From Eledone cirrhosa (Eukaryota): DNA of 64,000 bases. Below are positions 59,474-64,000 of this stretch, piece by piece. The stretch spans positions 134,850,001-134,914,000 of the forward strand of contig OZ024741.1 of the NCBI GenBank assembly GCA_964016885.1, given 5' to 3'. The first letter of the stretch is position 1. Every line of letters begins with the position of its first letter. The notes under the pieces were generated by a model. It had not been told where the DNA came from and did not search any database. It worked only from the letters and a program-made list of their open reading frames with translations. A program made the position numbers and the translations under genes.

Positions 59474-61758
59474 TTCCATTTATACTAATGGTTGAGAAGT
59501 TATTTATTCGCTTTGGACGCAGCGTGGCCGAATGGTTAAGGGCTCCCTTCGTAATCGCTAAGTCTCGAGTTCGTCGCCATAGTTGTGATATCTTGGGCAT
59601 GTGTGATTTACCATAGCCTCTGGTCGACCTAAGATTTCTGAGTGAAACTGTATAGATGGAAATTGATGGTCGTTCTTAGGATGGACTATGCCAGTAACTC
59701 AACGGACCAGCCTTGTCTCACACTGGGTCACACGGAATCTCCATAAATATTACATTAAGTGTGTCTGAGGAATGCTCAGCCACTTAAACGTTGATTTCAT
59801 GAAGAGGCTCCGTCGAAACCGACGGAGGACCATTCCATACCTTCAATGGTTATTATACTTTATTATAAGCATTAATTATATTTAATTAAGTAAACGAAAA
59901 ATGTGGCGAAAACATAATATACATGCGTTTCTATACTATATGTGTGTATATATGTATATAATATACATATGTATATATGTATATAATATGCATGTGTTAC
60001 ATAATTTTCGACAACTGGTGGTAACTTGTAACTATTAGTGGAGAACTCCGAATGTAAAGCAAGAGAAGACAACCTAGAGAAATTAACTCTTCAAAGGTTT
60101 TCTTTTGCCAGCTTAATTTTTTATGATTCTACTTAATGTCAAAATCTTTTTTGACATTTTCGAAATGGCATTTCTTTTAATGTCAAATTTCAATAAATAT
60201 AAAATACGTGAGCATCGAGAATAGCTTTTGTATTTTATATCGCAAACATTGCACACGTTGGATCATTGCAAATGTTTTGTAAAGTGTTTGGAGATGATGT
60301 TTTTTTTAATTATAATTGTTAGAACTGTTTATTTTGGAGAAACTCTAATCTCCTTTCTTTAAAGATCTTTACTCACGTTAATTCGTATCCATGCTATGTT
60401 TAATAACAAACAATTTCCCACTGACCTACAACTAAAGTACATTCACTTAATCGATGATGATGATGATGCTGCTTGAATAAATTTAAATTATTAATAAACA
60501 CTTTTAACAATCATGCGTGTGTTGTGATAAAGTTCAACTGTTCAACAGAATAATGAATTCCTGAAATGTTACCAATCACCATTCTAATGATCTGTGGCAA
60601 CGGACCAACGTTACAACTTTAGAATGTTGTTCGACTTTCTCAGAAAATTCGTCATTATCGAATAGTCAATGGCGAAGATTGAAGAATCCATGTTATGTTA
60701 TTCAGGATGCGATTCTTTTATTCCTTTATCCTTTCATTGAATTCAGTTATTAGATTGTGGCCATGCTAGGGCATTACTTATTTTTACTGAATTCAGTCAT
60801 TAACCTTCAGCCATGTCGACGCATTCATTGCCTTGAAGGGATTTTTTAGAGTGCGTAACTGGGATATCAGAGAGTCACTCCAGGTAGAGTCACTACTTCT
60901 CCGAATTGAGAGATCACAGCTCCAGTACTATCGGCATGTGGTTAGAATGTCCCAGGAACGAATTCCTTGACAGATTTTATGGGCAAAACCAGCCGGCAGG
61001 AGACCTAGGGGTAGACTCAGAGCAAGATGGCTGGATAACATCCATCCATGAGCTTGGCTGGTCAAACTTGGGGATACAGCTGGATCAGTTGGAGACAGTG
61101 GCTTCTGATAGGACCCACTGGAAGGAGTGTTTGAGGACTCTACCCCACGACCCTCTTGGGAATAAGTGGGCGAAGAAGATATCGACCCCAGTACGTATTT
61201 ACTGTTCTCAGTCATTAGACTGAGGCCATGATGGAGCATCGCCTTAAAGGGATTTAGTCGATCAATCCCAACCCAAGTATTAATTTATTGATTTCAGTCA
61301 TTTGACTGCGGCCATGCTGGGGCATTTGCTTAAAGGGACTTAGTTGATCATATTCACCCCTGTATTTATTTGATTTAAAGATTGCTACTCATTTAATCGG
61401 TCTCTTTATGTTGAACAGGTAAGTTATGGGCTATAAACACACAGACACAAACGTAAATACACACACACATACACACATACACACATATGCGACAGACGTC
61501 TGCAGTTTCGGTTTACTAAAGTTCACTCACATGACATTGGTCAATCTGAGACTATAGTAGAAGACACTTATACAAGGTATCAGGCAGTGTAAGTGACCTC
61601 GAAAGCACATACATGGTTGCGAAGCGAACTCTTTCACCACACAGCCATGACTGCACCTTATTACCCCCTGGACAACTATCTTTCAGTACATAATCGTTTT
61701 TTGGGAGGAAAAACCGATACAGCTTGGCACAAGTGTCGTCACAACCCATATATACTCA

Positions 61759-61817
<59 letters not shown>

Positions 61818-63524
61818 TATACATACAAATACATACTCTATACCCACTACATATGATGTTGTCCAAAGGAAAGGCAAAGGCCGATACAACGTGGCACTAG
61901 TGCCGCTGCAACTCATATATACCCACTATAGTTATAATATCTATACTATATATATATACAACATGCACTGTATACACTATATACGATATTGTTCAAGGGA
62001 AAGACAGATACAGCTTGGCATCAGTGTCGTTGCAACTTACATTTTCCATCTAAAGTGTGTTGCTCAAGGACATAACGTGCGGAATATACAACCTTACGAT
62101 TATAACTGGAACACCCTAACTGCTATTCCGTGTGTCTTCACTATTATTGTATAGTAGGTTGATATCCCCCCCACCCCAGTCACGAATGACCTAGAAAGTT
62201 CCCCTCTGGGCAAAGTTTTGTATGGACAACCAACAGTCGCCCATGCATGCCCGTCTCCCTTTTCCACACTAACGATGTTGTCCAAGGGCCGATACAGCTT
62301 GGCACCAGATATGTCGCATCTTATTTCGACAGCTGACTAAAATGGAGTAACGTGAAATAAAGTGTCTTACACAAGGATACAACACACCACCCGGTCCCGG
62401 AATCGAACTCACAACCTGACGATTGTAAGCCCAACACTCTAACCACAAAGACATGCGCCTTCATTGTAGTATATAAAATTCATTATTCCCCCAAGTATTG
62501 TCACAATCAATAATCTCAATTGGAAAAAGGTGTCGGCTTAGTAAATGCAAATAAGATCCCTGGCCGCCTCAACAGTGAATTCAGTAAATATAACATTTGC
62601 CAAGAAATAAGACAATAAATACACTGAAATGGGAAATAGTTAATCATTATATTTCGGTTATATTGGCTAACATCACGACCAATAGACAGTCGTTAGAACG
62701 TCGGATAGAAGGATTGGCGATAATTGTACCGGTTCTATATGCTCTAAGTTCAAATCCCATCGAAGTCAACTTTACCTTTAATCATTTCGAGATCGAAAAA
62801 GTACCACCCTAGTATTGCGTTCGATTCTTCCTTACTATATATATATCTATCTTCCCCTCTGTCGTTTTCTCTCTATCTCTTCCTCTCTGTCGTTTTCTCT
62901 CTATCTATTCCTCTCTGTCATTTTCTCTCGTTTCCACTCTGTCATTCTCTCTCCCTCTCCCCCTCTCTCTCTTCCACTCTGTCGTTCTCTCTCTCTCTCT
63001 TCCTCTCTATCGCCCCCCCCCCTCGCAAGGTTTATGAATGTGTGGTCAATAAGTTTGTTTCGTAATCACATTTGTCCGGGTGCGATCACCTTGGACAAAT
63101 GTCTTCTGCTATAGCCAAGAAATGACGAAGCTTATGAAACAAAATTAGGCAGACGAAAATTGCGTAGAGATCCGCCGGATGACCTGCGCCTCATTCTATT
63201 CTTGGGTGGTAGATTTAATATATCGGCGGTATTTGAACTCGGAACGACGCCCAGAGCTGAACCAGATGCTGCAAAGCATCCCGCCTGACGACCCTTGAAC
63301 AATTCTGCCAATCCAGCGTCCCTGAACTGGACTGATACTTTATTTTCTGAACCTGAAACGATGAAAGACAAAGTTGACCTTGGCGGGATTTGAACTCAGA
63401 GTGCAGAGAACCGGAAAAACTAGAGAGGTATTTAATCCTACACGCTAACGACTCTGCCAGTACATTATCTTCTTCCTTTCCTTTTGCCAATATCAGTTGG
63501 AAATCTTAATAAATGAGGTCATGG

Positions 63525-63690
63525 CTTCTTCTTCTTCTTCTTCTTCTTCTTCTTCTTCTTCTTCTTCTTCTTCTTCTTTTTCTTCTTCTTCTTCTTCTTC
63601 TTCTTCTTCTTCTTCTTCTTCTTCTTCTTCTTCTTCTTCTTCTTCTTCTTCTTCTTCTTCTTCTTCTTCTTCTTCTTCTTCTTCTTCTTC
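63525..63690. repeat. (CTT)n microsatellite
   Basis: Direct reading. Confidence 0.95.
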
Positions 63691-64000
63691 ACAACCTATG
63701 ATGAGAGAAAACAATAAAAACGACTAAGTCGATCATACAAATTTGTTTATTCAATTTAAAACAACAATTCAATATCGATATCGATAACATTGATCACTGC
63801 TAGAAAGCTGTTAATTAGATTCCACGACACATTGAAGTGTGTGTGTTGGACCTCCGTCAGATGTCAAGATGATTGTTCTAGTTGATTCGATCAACTGAAC
63901 AGCCTGCGAGTGACCGAAGTAATATTCATTGAGGTTCATTTTGACTCTGTTTATGACAAGGCTATGCTTTGAAGTATAGGTACAAGTAATTTGTTCCCCA

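Noticed and set aside
59515-59580. tRNA gene (gtggccgaatggttaagg...gagttcg)
   Set aside because: No complete cloverleaf, and it continues into SINE-like body sequence; treated as a SINE head.

Overview
AT-rich, microsatellite-saturated animal genomic DNA. The SINE types and repeat landscape suggest a coleoid cephalopod such as Octopus (inference, not verified). The only clear host gene is a 3-exon, somewhat divergent alpha-tubulin on the minus strand (ATG 21602-21604, exon 2 18782-19004, exon 3 15967-17093; 450 aa). A probable TATA/Inr promoter of a second leftward gene lies near 2.7 kb. The rest is mobile DNA: tRNA-derived SINEs, RTE LINE fragments (one young copy with a TSD inside a 65-bp satellite), tandem non-autonomous Helitrons, MITEs, a MULE transposase relic and three Penelope-like (RT/GIY-YIG) elements. 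The most striking unexplained structure is a dense set of type I hammerhead ribozyme (HHR) motifs, mostly at 31-51 kb, from about seven unrelated sequence families. They sit in non-coding units abutting (TA)n/(CA)n microsatellites and are repeatedly arranged as partial tandems plus inverted copies that form palindromes with arms up to 1.27 kb. One family is a circularly permuted 315-nt HHR monomer with covarying stems, i.e. a candidate retrozyme/circular RNA replicon; one copy lies about 10 bp from a near full-length Penelope element. All structures were read by eye; no folding or database searches were run.
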